Source of the DNA: Octopus vulgaris
Taxonomy: Eukaryota
Assembly (NCBI GenBank): GCA_951406725.2
Contig: OX597817.1
Span: 4,650,001-4,714,000, forward strand
DNA: 64,000 nucleotides
Direction: 5' to 3'
A program made the translations under genes and the position numbers. Shown here in pieces: positions 27,120 through 40,430 of the stretch (positions are counted from its first letter, which is position 1; each line of letters begins with the position of its first letter). The notes beneath the pieces are model-generated. The model saw only the letters and a program-made list of their open reading frames with translations, had not been told where the DNA came from and did not search any database.

Positions 27120-28300
27120 GTACACGTACCATTAGAGAAGTTATTGTTTCACTTTCGACGCGTAATACTGAAATAGTGTAATACGTAAGAGATTGCTCTG
27201 GGCTCGCATTAGGCAACAAGATGAAATTGATGGAGGGGGGAGCATAACACTGCATGGACACATAGTAAGGCATGTGTAAAATTTGAATGAAAACCGTTGG
27301 GCAGTTGTCGAGTTTTAGTGATGCAAACAAACAGACATTCACAGTTTTATATATATAAAAGTAAGAATGGCCCGTCCATTTTGTCCCGTCGTGCGATGTA
27401 AGTTTCATTCTCCTGTCTTGGGAAGGAAATGAGAATGATATGCAAAAGGACAATGCTCTTGAGTTCCCGGTTCGAATCTAAGGCAAGGTTAAAAGGGTTC
27501 CCAACAGCTATTAGTAACAGTGGCAGAGTGTTCATAGCAAAAACTTTTCTCGTAAAAGAGTAAGTAAATGTGTGTAAGATGGGCCACGAGTGGAGTTAGA
27601 GTATGTTCAACTGGACAGAAGTTGTTGAATGGGAAACAACTGTACACCTTAGAGGCTGTTCGGGAATGAACGATGGAAGCACAATATTAAATGTTAACGT
27701 AAGGGTTTGTTTTTGTAAACTCTAGGTAACCTGAGAAGGTTAGAGATGAAGTGGAAACGCATCAATCAAACGTAGCAAAACCATGCGTTAAATGTAACGT
27801 GTTATATGATAGAACGATAAGTTATTTACTTGGAGGAAAATTTGTGAATCTGTTTCGAATCACAAACAGAATGAATGTTATTTAAGAACGAGACGCTGTT
27901 AGCGCAAATAGCTGTTACGTGGTAGCAAGTCGTGGTAGAAATAGAAGCTAAATCTTTTATTTTCTGTGGAAAGGAGCTGTTTACGCGTTATTTTGATGTC
28001 ATATTAATTCAAGTGTTAATATGAAACTAAATGTGCAATAAACTGAAACATTGTTATGAAACGGAAGAATAAAAGTGAAACAGCAGTTATTCTTTCACTT
28101 TTGACACATAGTAGCGAACCAGCGTAAAAAATTGCACGGGGCCGGATTAAGCAAGAAGTCGAAAACGTTTTTGGTCCATGACATTCCACGGTCTGTATGT
28201 AATGTATGTGTGAAATTAGAATAAAATCGGTTGCGTAGTTCTCGAGTTTTAGGGATTCACACAGACAGACAGACACACAGACACACATTCTCAGTTGTAC
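27120..28300 (-). mobile_element. Helitron-like 5'-end fragments (at least two: about 27120-27360 and 28040-28300)
   Basis: The two segments share a GTGTRAAATT-GAAT-AAA-CG-T-GTAGTT-TCGAGTTTTAG-GAT-CA-ACA-ACAGAC motif. The first ends in TTTTATATATATA like the Helitron 5' ends at 15.5 and 38.1 kb. Confidence 0.5.
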
Positions 28301-29750
28301 ACACACACACACGCGCGCACGCACACACACAATAATAGAGGATAAAACTTCAAAACAAATATTTTATCAGTAGCCAGCATATAAAAGGAAACCATTTAAG
28401 GTGAAAATTGTTTGTATAATTATAATAAAAGCTTTAAAAATGTTCTAGCCTATATGCAGAGAAATAGGCGCACCACTCAAAGAAATCACAAACGCACATG
28501 TTGAATTCGACACAAGAAGCTAACGGAAATTATTAATAAAATAGATAGTTGTGTATTAGCCTAATTTCTGGGATTGCCCAAAGGCTCTTCCGTCCTGAGC
28601 AAAACAATAATAGAAACAAATGAAATATATATATATACTCCTGTAATTAAACATACATATATACATATATATATATTGTCCCCTTTTTCGTCGTCCCTCC
28701 CTAATTCTTCTGTCCCTCTGCCTCTACCTCTCTCCTCTCTCTCCACGTGACCGGTGTTCGTCCAAGCCTGACCTTTCTTTCTTGGTTCGACTACCATCCG
28801 TGCAAAATCTATATTCCTCCCCATACCTGTCATCACTTATGTCCCTGCCATAAGGCTTCACTTTCACACACATCAGCTTAATATAATTCGTCCTAGTCGA
28901 AAGACACCTGTTGTTATGTCCTGTTATTTGCATTTGTATTTGTGTACCATTTCGCCGAGTTTTCCGTCCTTGATTTCGTATACATTCGCTGCTTTCTTTC
29001 AAGGAATCTAGTGTTCTCAGCTTAGTTTCTTCTTAGGGCTGGCCAGATTGGAGCACATAGTTGCAGGTACATTATTCGAGTAAAGTGGTGTATAGAAATG
29101 GTAAAAAATGTTCCTGTACATGGTATGTAAGGTCTAATACTAGTCATGTTTAGTAATTTCAGAGTATGGGGCCGTGGATTCTGTGTTGCTTGTTCGATGG
29201 GGTTTCGGGGTGTGAATGAAAATTTGAGAGTGTATTGGTAGTATTTATGGATAGATGGTGGGGGTTGGGGGTGGAGATGTGTATTATTAGAATGAGGAGA
29301 TTGGTCAAAATGAAGACAGGAAGAGAAAATGAGAGGAAGAAAGAGGGGAAAAGAGAGAGAGAAATAAATAAAATTATAAAATGAAAAATAAATCAAATAA
29401 AATGGAGAAAAGAGAAAAAAGTGACAGAAGTGAGAAAGTGAAGAAAAGGTGAAAGAAGTGAGAACAGAAGTAAGGGAAGGGAGGATGGGTGAAGGGTGGG
29501 GGACGTGAGAATGGGAGAGGAGTGGGGGAGGGGAGGAGGAGAGATGAGTGGGAGAAGATGAGAGAGGGGTAGGGGAGGATGGGACAGGAAGGAGAGGGGA
29601 TAGGAAGAGATAAGAAGGCAAGGAGTGAATAAGAGTGAGATGCGTGAGTAGGGGTGTTATGATAGTGCTGCCTTAAGGCATGGTTAAGGAAAGGTATGTG
29701 TGGGGTGAAACCAAAGTGAGAAGTAGTTTTAATAGTAAAATTTACAAATA

Positions 29751-30145
29751 GGCGCAGGAGTGGCTGTGTGGTAAGTAGCTTGCTAACGAACCACATGCTT
29801 CCGGGTTCAGTCCCACTGCGTGGCATCTTGGGCAAGTGTCTTCTACTATAGTCCCGAGTCGACCAATGCCTTGTGAGTGGATTTGGTAGACGGAAACTGA
29901 AAGAAGCCTGTCGTATATATGTATATATATATATATGTATGTGTGTGTATGTGTTTGTGTGTTTGTGTTTGTCTCCCTAGCATTGCTTGACAACCGATGC
30001 TGGTGTGTTTACGTCCCCGTCACTTAGCGGTTCGGCAAAAAGAGACCGATAGAATAAGTACTGGGCTAACAAAGAATAAGTCCCGGTGCTCCAGCATGGC
30101 CGCAGTCAAATGACTGAAACAAGTAAAAGAGTAAAAGAGTAGAGT
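29751..30145 (+). mobile_element. OK-like SINE, near full length
   Basis: Runs from head GGCGCAGGAGTGGCTGTGTGGTAAG to tail AAGTAAAAGAGTAAAAGAG, with a small internal deletion. Confidence 0.93.
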
Positions 30146-30219
30146 ATATGGCTAGAGGACATCAAAAGGCGTTAAACACAATAAGAAATGAAAACATAAA
30201 AAAAAAAACGCCATAACAG

Positions 30220-30505
30220 ACCTCACCGTTTGTTTTTACTGTTTTGTTATCACTGTCCTGTTTTTCTTTCCACTTACACCCTCCGCGAAAAGTTTCGAGT
30301 TTTATTAAATTTGCTTTGCGGGAAGGATTGTTTCAACAAAGTCACGTATTGTCCTTGTCTTCGTCCCGCGGAGTAGATGAAACAGGGACAACTGAAGAAG
30401 GGGAATATTCTTTATGTTGCATGCCTCGTTTCTCTGTTTTTGTTTTTATATTTCCGTTTCTCATTGTGTTTAACGTTTTTTTTTTATGTCCTGTACCCAT
30501 ATATG
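30220..30505 (+). repeat. Family B dispersed repeat ending at (TA)n
   Basis: Homologous to the reverse complement of 3608-3935. Confidence 0.65.
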
Positions 30506-30506
30506 C

Positions 30507-30576
<70 letters not shown>

Positions 30577-30766
30577 AGGTATGTACATATATATATGTAT
30601 ACATGCAAATATTTATATATCATTTATATTATTATATGATGAAATGCCACGCATCTTTTTCCATGAACGTTCTTCCCTTCTTTTCTGAGCGTCCAATAAA
30701 ACTTTATTTGTTCCACGTCCTCGCGTTGTTGCGTTTTTTTGTTTGTGTTTTCTTGTTTATATTAAC

Positions 30767-30797
<31 letters not shown>

Positions 30798-30991
30798 CCA
30801 CATACATAAAAATACATTTACACAAAAACACACACGCATGTATCCGCTTATATGTCTATATTATCTAGTATTAAATGACTTCCTTAACATAAGATAGGGC
30901 AGTTAAAAATATTAAAGATTTAAAATTATATATATATATATATATACATGCAAGCAATCACGTACACATATGTGTGTGATAGTGTGTGTGT

Positions 30992-31042
<51 letters not shown>

Positions 31043-31604
31043 TGCAGGTATTGTAGCAGAATAGCGGTCGTTTCCTTAAAACATATGTAGCAAAAAATAA
31101 TACAGATTTCGTTTTAATAGAGGCTTATTTGCGGCAATATTAAAACACAGGCCTTAAATAGTTCTAGAAAAGCAAATAAATGATTTTCCTCGTGTTTGCA
31201 GCAGTCCTCCATCTACTTTTTCACTGATATAGAGTAATGCACTCAATATATTTAGTGCATTCTCAAATTTTGAAAACTTCTTTCTACTCCATGCATATTA
31301 AATGAGAAATAGAATGAAGTAACGATGAAAAAAAAGTTTATTTAATTTGAATATCTTATTCAGCATATTTTATTTTGTATACTCGAATTTTATTTAATAA
31401 TAAAATAATTTCTAAAACATCTTAACTAGAATATTAGTTGGTAAAGATTCCATTAAAATAAAATTCTTCATAAAACTCCTTCAAGACGGCGTGCACGTAA
31501 GAATGTCATATATTCAAATATTGGAAAACCCCTTGTATAATTATGCAACGATAGACAAATTACGCTCAGTGAAACACGGAATATGACGAACATATTTGTA
31601 TGTT

Positions 31605-31684
<80 letters not shown>

Positions 31685-31694
31685 TAGATATATA

Positions 31695-31995
31695 CAGGGC
31701 TATTCAAGAAGAATGGACCGATTTTATCAAGCAATATTTTAATAAGGGAAAGCAATAGAAAACTCCAGCTGTCTCACAAGTATTTACTCACAGTCAACTT
31801 TTATTTTCTGTCTTACAAGTGATCAATGTAGCCACCACCTGCAGCAGGGCAACATTAATGCGATAAGTGAATTCCTACCAGAGGCGTATGAGCACATCAC
31901 AATTCAGTGAGTTGATCGCTGTTGTTATTCGTTGTTTAATGTCATCGATGTTAGTGGGTAGCAGTGGAACATAATCCGCGACCCACTAACCTTAC
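31695..31995 (-). mobile_element. Tc1/mariner transposase C-terminal remnant (rosa/DD41D-like) with one end
   Basis: Minus peptide YVPLLPTNIDDIKQRITTAINSLNCDVLIRLW*EFTYRINV. Terminus is TA-CAGGG. Confidence 0.65.
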
Positions 31996-32224
31996 AAATT
32001 CTGTTGAATGCGAACATGCTTTCACAGCATACAATTGATGATCAGTGACAACGAAAACTAAACTACTAGATGATTCCAGGAATGCTACGTGTTAATGACT
32101 CAGGTTCGTATTTACGAACACTGTAAACATTGATCCGCCAACAGATTCCCCTGTTTCCTGTCATGCGTGACTGTAATATGTTGTTATATATTCTTGGATA
32201 TATGCATATATACATAGATACATG

Positions 32225-32410
32225 AACCTTCACGTTTTGGCGACTTTTTCCTCTGTCTTCCCTTCTCTTGCTCTTTCCTTCTCCTATGTTTCCTACGAAG
32301 AGCTCCGCTCGAAACGTTAAGCCCTCCTTCTTTCCTGAGCGTCCAATAATACTATATTTGTTCCACGTCCTCGCGTTGTTGTGTTTTTTGTAATTTCTTG
32401 TTTGGATTAA

Positions 32411-32415
<5 letters not shown>
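32225..32415 (+). mobile_element. Short hammerhead-bearing repeat (family C) ending in (TA)n
   Basis: GTTT-CCTACGA-A-GAGC(TCC)GCTC-GAAAC-GTT-AAGC at 32288-32322. The tail ATTTGTTCCACGTCCTCG recurs at about 30680-30770 (+) and 55337-55395 (-). Confidence 0.7.
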
Positions 32416-32481
<66 letters not shown>

Positions 32482-32567
32482 TTTTCTATATATATATATA
32501 TATAGATAGATAGATAGATATAAATATAGATATATATATAGATAGATAGATATGTAAATATATATAT

Positions 32568-32795
32568 ACTCTTTAGTCTTTTACTTGTTTCAGTCATGTG
32601 ACTGTGGTCATGCTGGAGCACCGCCTTTAGTCGAACAAATCGACCCCAGGACTTATTCTTTGTAAGCCTAGTACTTATTCTATCGTTCATTTGTGCTGAA
32701 CCGCTAAGTTACGAGGACGTAAACACACCACCATCGGTTGTCAAGCGATGTTGGGGGAGGGACAAACACAGACACACAAACATATACACACACAC

Positions 32796-32865
<70 letters not shown>

Positions 32866-33025
32866 GGCGTGTTTCTTTCAGTTTCCGACTACCAAATCTA
32901 CTCACAAGGCTTTGGTCGGCCCGAGGCTATAGTAGAAGACACTTGCTCAACGTGCCACGCAGTGGGACTGAATCCGGAATCATGTGGTTGGTAAGCAAGC
33001 TACTTACCCCACAGCCACTCCTACA
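32568..33025 (-). mobile_element. OK-like SINE, full length
   Basis: The reverse complement aligns end to end with 29751-30145. Confidence 0.93.
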
Positions 33026-33219
33026 TACGAGATTTTAATACTTACATTGCAGAAGTATTATTTTAATGAGTCGTATCAATATATCACTTGAAAAGATATA
33101 TCTGCACCGCCGGATTCTCCTGAACTAGTCGTTGAGTATTCCACAGATGCTAGATGTGTGGAAAGAATTGTCGTGATTAACAATAAATAAATGCCCGTAT
33201 ATTCCGTCTTCGGTCTTGC

Positions 33220-33308
<89 letters not shown>

Positions 33309-33362
33309 GTGTGTGTGTGTGTGTGTGTAAATACAGTGTACATTTAAACACAAGAGATGACC

Positions 33363-34583
33363 TAGTTAATTTTTGGGCTCAAAAAGCAAAAAGCAAGGCC
33401 ATGTAGGGGGACATGGAGTTATGTACAGGGTGGTGTTCATGTAAAGAGTTCAGGCCACTTGAGGTCAAGGGAGACTTTGAACCGAGCGGTCGTCGGCATC
33501 TTCACCATCTCGTCTGGCAGCTTATTCCACGGATCCGCAACCCGGACGGAGAAAGCCCCTCTCCTTCGATTGAGATGAAATCGTCGCAGATAGATCTTTT
33601 CGGAATGACCCCGCAGCCGACGCTCTGGAGCAGGAGTGAAGAACAGCTCTTTCGGGAGGTTACACTTTCCACTTATGATGTTGTGAGCAAGAATGAGATC
33701 TCCACGACGTCGTCGTTTTTCTAGAGAATAAAGGTCGAACGCCTTCAGCCTTTCTTCATAAGGCAAATTCTTGAGACCAAGAACCATGTGGGTAGCCAGC
33801 TTCTAGACTCTTTCGAGATGCTGTATGTCTTTGAAGAGATAAGGAGAAGAGGCTTGAATCCCGTACTCCAATATGGGTCTCACCAGCGTGACATAGAGCG
33901 GTAGGAATATGGCTGCTGTGAGCATTCCGCGTGCTTTGTTGGCAGCATGGACGCACTGGGCCGAAGGCGAAAAGGAGGAATCCACCAAGATACCCAGGTC
34001 CTTCACCTGATTGGTCCTCTCCAGCAGCAGACGACCCGGCTCGAAATCAAGTTGAGTTGCCGGAGGAGAGCCAACAAGCAGATGACAGCACTTTGACACG
34101 TTCAGACACAGGTCCCATTCGTTAGACCACTTCCAAATTTGGTGGAGGCATCGATGAAGATCCTCTATATCACCGCGAGAAGCGACCAGTTTGACATCGT
34201 CGGCAAATAGAAGGGTGTGTTGCGTGAGGTCGTCGGGCAAGTCATTTATGAAGACTAAGAACAATAAGGGCCCAAGCACTGAACCTTGAGGCACGCCACT
34301 GCTCGCACTGGAGACGTCGGACCGCGAACCATTAACTTGGACTTGGAAGGAGCGATCTGAGAGGAAGGCACCAACCCATCGTACAATATCCGGATGGAAA
34401 CTATATGCTTGAAGCTTGACAAGTAATAGTCGGTGGTTTACCGAGTCAAAAGCTTTGGCAAAGTCCAATAAAACGATGTCAACAGCATCACTATCATCGA
34501 GGATGCGCGTCACCAGTCATTCAATTACCAGTAAGTTGGTCGAGCATGATCTCTTCGGCACGAAGCCGTGTTGGGAATCAGAG
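33363..34583 (-). mobile_element. 5'-truncated CR1/L2-group LINE (RT and C-terminus)
   Basis: Motifs QHGF, LDFAKAFDSV, SGVPQGSVLGPLLF, LFADD and LPYEERL...LEKRRRRGDLI. In-frame stops. GC-rich against the AT-rich background. Confidence 0.93.
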
Positions 34584-34630
34584 TTGTAATTCTGAAAGCG
34601 AATGAGAAATAAAAAACGTTTACCCTATCT

Positions 34631-34719
34631 TTCCTGGACTATGCATAGTTTCGGCAATCTTTTGTAAATAAAATAAAATGATTTTAATTTACAATTGGCG
34701 TTGCCATCTTCAGCAGGAA
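34631..34719 (-). ncRNA. Type I hammerhead ribozyme with intact canonical core
   Basis: TTCCTG-CTGAAGA-T-GGCAA...TTGCC-GAA-ACTA(TGCA)TAGT-C-CAGGAA. 6-bp helix I, stem II of 5 bp or more, 4-bp helix III, GUC site. Confidence 0.85.
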
Positions 34720-34967
34720 GCCAAGGCTAACATATTGGCACGAGGTGATAAGAACCATGCCTCGTATCTATATATTATAGTGGTTTGGAGTTTAACTGCT
34801 CTTTCTAGTGAGTCAGATGTCCTATAATGGTCATCTCTTGTGTTTAAATGTACACTGTATTTTTCTATGAATAATATGTAATTAATTGACTAATTTTTCC
34901 TTCTCGCTAGACCACTGGTAGCAAAGAATTTTTCTAAAAATGTTTTTGGTACCCTTAGATTTATTAA

Positions 34968-35049
<82 letters not shown>

Positions 35050-35250
35050 TGTAGCAGGTAGAATCATTAGCATGCCGGGTGACATTCTTAGCAGTATTTC
35101 TTCTATCGCTAGATTCTGAGTTCAAATTCCGCCGATGTCTTGTTTGCCTTTCATACTTTCGATGACGATAAAAAAGTACCAACTGAACACTAGTGTCGAT
35201 GTAATCGACTTACCCTCATCCTGGAACTTGCTGACGTTGTGCAGAAATTC
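35050..35250 (+). mobile_element. OR2-like SINE, diverged
   Basis: CTGAGTTCAAATTCCGCCGA...GCCTTTCAT...GTCGATGTAATCGACTT. Confidence 0.8.
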
Positions 35251-35781
35251 TTCATTAATAGAAGCCCTGTTAATTGATAAAAGGTCCTAAATATCAAATT
35301 TGGAAAATGTGACTTAAATAAGAAATGAAAGGTGCAAATAATTTGCAAGTGTGATCGTTGAATATCTAAGTTAAAGCAGAACAGATATGAGGATATATAT
35401 TATGAGGAAGGAGAAATAAGGAAACTGAAGGAATAGGATATAGAAATATTATGTAAGACGAAAAGTGAGAAAATAAAGAAAGCGAGAGACTGGGCAGGTG
35501 TGAAGGCCTAAAAGAAGGTACGAGTATAAAAGGTAGCTGTAGCAAGAGAAAATTAACTGATTACGATAACGGTAAAATAAAAAATGCAGACACTGAATAA
35601 TAGACATGAAGATGGGGAAGCAGTGATGAGGAATACAAATATAAGCGTAGGAGTGTAGGTGTGAAAGAAGGATAACAGGGAACGGAGTAGCAATAAAGTA
35701 GGATTAAGTCTGAAAGGGGGGAGGAAGGGAAAGTGAAGCAAATGAAGTGGAAACGGCGTAGCGAATTTCCAGTTTGATTGA

Positions 35782-35816
35782 AAGATAAATAGATAGATAG
35801 ATAGATAGATAGAAAA

Positions 35817-35882
<66 letters not shown>

Positions 35883-36073
35883 GGATAGATAGATAGATAG
35901 ACAGACAGATAGATAGATAGATAGACAGATATATAGACACACAGATAGATATATAGATAGATAGATAGATAGATAGATATATATATAGATAGATAGATTG
36001 ATTGATTGATTGATTGATAGATAGATATATAGATAGATTGATAGATAGATAGACAGATAGATAGATAGGTAGG

Positions 36074-36133
<60 letters not shown>

Positions 36134-36140
36134 CAGACAA
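35782..36140. repeat. (GATA)n microsatellite, degenerate
   Basis: Seen directly in the sequence. Confidence 0.97.
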
Positions 36141-36198
36141 ATATTAAAAGTACAAGCGTGAGATATGAAGGAATAAGCTCATGGCTAGAGAAGGAAAG

Positions 36199-36258
<60 letters not shown>

Positions 36259-37229
36259 GACAAAGGAAAGAGGAAATAAGGGTGAGTAGCGGGAGCGAAG
36301 CTACAGCTTATCGTAGATCTGAAATTATAAGAGGAGGAAATGGGGAAATATAAAGACAGCGAAAGAGAGTAATGGATATAGATACCTAAAGAGGGGGAAG
36401 AGATTGATAACAAGTTGGTAAGTATTGAATGTAGAGCAATGGATGATTAAGCGAAAGACGGATTCAGCACTGCAGAGTCAGCGGAAAAGAAGCAAAACAA
36501 GGGAGTGAAGAGGAAAGAATGATGAAAACTAAGCAGAGATGTTTAATGCAATACATCCATTGAGAAAGAGGCGGGAATACAGGAGAATTTTGTTATATAT
36601 ATATATACTATATATCATCGAATTTTGAACAGTAAAGAATTTCAGTATTGTTGAATAGAGATTAGCTTTGCTTAAGCCTTTTCATTGCATTAAGAAACTA
36701 CAACCTGAAGGTGGTACTTAGTATTCTGTCCAAGAATTATTGTATCTGCATATATTTTTTGCAACAGAAGATAATTGTGATGTACATGGAACATTAAATA
36801 CTATACAGAGATTATATTATAAATATTCTTTTCATGAGTCTAGGTGAAAGACCAGTGATTTTGGCATTCATGTACCCTTCGAAACAGGGCTGAGGCAAAA
36901 CTGTTGCAGTTAATATTCTGCTCAAATATAAGCATGGTGGAGATTGCATGCAGCCAATGTTCTCGGGATAAAGACATGTCTTTGGAGTTAGTGTAAAGTC
37001 TGAGAGGATTCTGTTATTCTGCTATTTGTTTCATTCATTAGACTGAAGCTGTGGTGTAGCACCACCCTGAAGAATTTTATTCCAATGAATCGACATCAGT
37101 ATTTATTATATCGGTCTCCTTTGTCGAACTGCAGAGTAAACGGCGGCGTAAACACACCAATACAACGGTTGTCATGCGGTGTTAGAGGACAAACACAGAC
37201 ACGGACGCACATACACACGCACAAACAAA

Positions 37230-37300
<71 letters not shown>

Positions 37301-37373
37301 TCACATAAACACACGTAAACAGACACACATATATAAATGGATTTAAACGCAGGTGTTATTCAAATCTTTATGC

Positions 37374-37448
37374 TTCCGACATATGTTTCGATTGATATTC
37401 CAGAAGGAAGAAAATGATGAAATGCAATGCAATCTTCTCATCGGGGAA
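37374..37448 (-). ncRNA. Hammerhead-like motif (U4C) downstream of a Penelope RT fragment
   Basis: TTCC-CCGATGA-GAA-GATTG...CAATC-GAAAC-ATAT-GTC-GGAA, with palindromic ACATATGT as helix III. Confidence 0.65.
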
Positions 37449-37495
37449 AAAAAGAGAAACAAAACACATCAACAAGACATTTTAACCGAATGTGA

Positions 37496-37700
37496 TTACT
37501 GCATGTATGATGAAGGGATTGCTTCTAATCCATATATATGGGGTATGTTGGTGTGTACCTTAATCACATCGAATGATACAACGATTGTTTCCTCCTCGAC
37601 CCTATCGCGAAGGTGATTTAACATATCCCTATTATAACTCTTGATATGTTTTAGAAATGGTTTCAGGAGAGTGTCCATCAAACAACTTAATCGATGTGTT
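37496..37700 (-). mobile_element. Penelope-like RT fragment
   Basis: DTLLKPFLKHIKSYNRD...IVVSFDVIKVHTNIPH..GLEAI matches the PLE RT motif SFDVxxLYTNIP. Confidence 0.8.
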
Positions 37701-37764
37701 ATTTTTGTTTAATAATGTCATATTTCCAGATATATTTCAATGCAGTAATTGTTCTATAGGTATA

Positions 37765-38166
37765 CTAGCAGTATCGCCCGGCGTTGCTCGGGTTTGCAAG
37801 GGAAATAACTATATGAGCATTTTTAGAGTGTTATAGCCAAAAAATAGCAAAAAAAATGCATTGAAAATGGAAAAAAAATGATGGTAACTTTTTTTTTAAA
37901 TCGTTGACTCATGGTAGACATTTTTAGAGAGTTACTTCCCCTATATAATAGCGAAAAAATGCATTAAAATGGAAAAAAAAAATTATGGTAAATTATTTTT
38001 AAAATCGTAGACTCATCGTAGACGCGCGCTAATACCCACAAGGGCTCGAAATGAATCACGACTATAAGATACCCGGTTTTGGTTAAACTGCACCGCAAAA
38101 TGTGGGAGTAGTTAGGAATCTAAATCGTAGGAGACAGACACACAACTTCACTTTTATAAATAAAGA
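37765..38166 (-). mobile_element. Non-autonomous Helitron, second copy
   Basis: Same termini, hairpin and internal direct repeat as 15209-15588. Confidence 0.88.
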
Positions 38167-38184
38167 TAGACAGATGTATAATAT

Positions 38185-38395
38185 TTTCCTACTATAGGTA
38201 CGAAGTCTGAAATGTTTGGGAAACGGACTAGTCGATCAGATCGAACCCAGTGCTCAACTGATATATATTTCATGGACCCCTCAAAAGAAGAACGACAAAA
38301 CCGACTTCAGTGGATTTTGATTTCAGAACAGAGAGACAAATGAAATTCGGGCTAAGCATTTTGTCTAGCGAGCAAACGATTCTACCAGCTTGCAA
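38185..38395 (-). mobile_element. OR2-like SINE, strongly diverged
   Basis: Collinear similarity to 16173-16567. Confidence 0.65.
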
Positions 38396-38464
38396 CCTTG
38401 GGAGATATGTATAATATCGTGTCTGTATGCATAATATTATGTATGTATACACACCTACGCGCGT

Positions 38465-38518
<54 letters not shown>

Positions 38519-39779
38519 ACTCACGCGAATGCTCACCTACCTGTGTGTGTGTGTGCGTGTTTGTATGTTATAACGGGGCAGTGTGCATCTCTACGAGTTT
38601 ATATAACCTATCAAAAATTCACAAAAGTTTAAACTTATTTCAGATACCGATTATATTTGATGTGACTTGAAACTGTAAGTTAAGGAATCAATTAATTGAT
38701 ATATGTGTGTGTGTGTGTGCGTATGTGTGTGAGTGTGTCGTGTGTGTGTGAATGCGTGTGGTGTAGTTTTGAATATACGTTAGTTTGTGCACGTACACAT
38801 ACATATCTATAGACACATACATGTGTGTTGTGTGTATGTGTGTGTTCATGTGTATGCGGGTGTTCGTGTGTCTGTGTGTGTGCATGTGTGTTTGTAGTTA
38901 GTGTGTGTGTGTGCATGTGTGTTTGTAGTTAGTGTGTGTGTGTGCGTGCGTGCGCGCGTGTGTAATACTTGACTTATTTCTTAGCTCCCTGTTTGAAGGT
39001 GTATGAAGTATATCATACCAGGAAATCCTTAAAAACTTATGGTGTGTTTGACAGGTTATATACCACCACAACAACCCGGAGAGAGGCAACATATTCCGGT
39101 GTTGTGTAGAAAATTTTAGACATATATTTGCGTAACATTAAGTATATATCTAAGCTGCATGTTCTCGTTACGAACCAGTGCTTTAAAGTTTACCTGTTGT
39201 GATATGTGCGCTTCAATATTTAACCCTTTGTAATAATGTTAGTATCAAGATCTCTTAGGAACGTGGAATACATAGAAGGTTTGATAAGGTTTTGAATTCA
39301 GCATTCTGAAGTAATGAAACCTTTTGAGTTTCATAGCATTCATTGCGATATTCGCAGATACAAGACATACAATATATCCAATCCTGAAGGAATATATGAC
39401 ACTTGAGGAATATATTTCTATATTTCCAGGCAACTGTTATAAGAGAATATTTCATAGCTAAGTGAAATTGAAAACTTTAATTCGAATATATGGTTTCATT
39501 TCGTGCATGATTTACAATTTTGTAAATGTTATTCATACCAATCTATTTGTTTGTTATTATTTTTCTTTTATTCTTGTCTTCAATCAGCAAATATTTATGC
39601 CCCTTAAAAGTGATCTTCATGTCATTTAAGATTCAGCAACGTCTTGCATGTATTTGCTTTTTCCTTAAACTGTTTGATTTATAACTTGTTCCTTAAATCC
39701 AACCCATTCACAAATGCACGAATTCTTGCAGTTGTTGATGACGTTGTTTGGCTCTAAACAACTCCAATCAAGCAGGATT

Positions 39780-40430
39780 GTAGGAAAATTCCTAACATCG
39801 CGCTACAAAATAACCCTTAAATGCTAAGAACCTTCCAATGTATTCTACCTATGCCTAATGATAATGTTTACTGCATCTGCACTAAACGACGTTTTATCAC
39901 TATTTCTTCCATCAATGTGTTCAAATCTTAACGAATAGTCCCTAATGTACCCATAACGACAGGGATATATTTTACTCGTACTTTCCATAGCCTCTGTAAC
40001 TCAATGGCTAGGTCCTGGTACTTCACATTTTTTCTCTATACATCTCATATTGAATTTATCATCCTTTGGGATTGCGAAGTTAAAATCCTGCTACTTTCTA
40101 TTCTTTTTGTTTACTTGTACTAAATCCAGCCTTCCAGCTTCTATTATTCTGTTAGTCTGAATATTAAAATCCCTACGCCTTTCCATCTTTCTTACTTTTA
40201 ATACAGTACTATGTTAGTGTTCAACCACTTATCAGTATGTTCAAATCCAAGCATTCTACATATCTCCCAGTGGGTTATACTTACTAAGTTAGCATGTCTT
40301 TTCTTGTTTTCCTTCTCTTCGTGTATTCCATCAGTGCTAGCTTACTACATTCGCTAACTATATGTGTAACACTTTCTTCCTGTGCTTTACATTACCTACA
40401 TTGGGAATCTATTTGATTTTTGTCTTTCAT
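39780..40430 (-). mobile_element. Decayed R4/Dong-like LINE C-terminus (CCHC finger and restriction-like endonuclease)
   Basis: Peptides CR*CKAQEESVTHIVSECSKLA, DFNIQTNRIIEAGRLDLV and KYQDLAIELQRLWKVRVKYIPVVMGTLG. Confidence 0.85.

Noticed and set aside
29022-29835. 199-aa and 153-aa minus-strand ORFs
   Set aside because: They arise from a purine-skewed low-complexity tract plus SINE sequence.
30392-30398. CTGAAGA box in the family B repeat
   Set aside because: No downstream stem II plus GAAA with a matching helix I, so it was not counted as a hammerhead.
33125-33185. Hairpin TTCCACA...TGTGGAA in a TA-terminated unit
   Set aside because: The core boxes are too degenerate to call a ribozyme.
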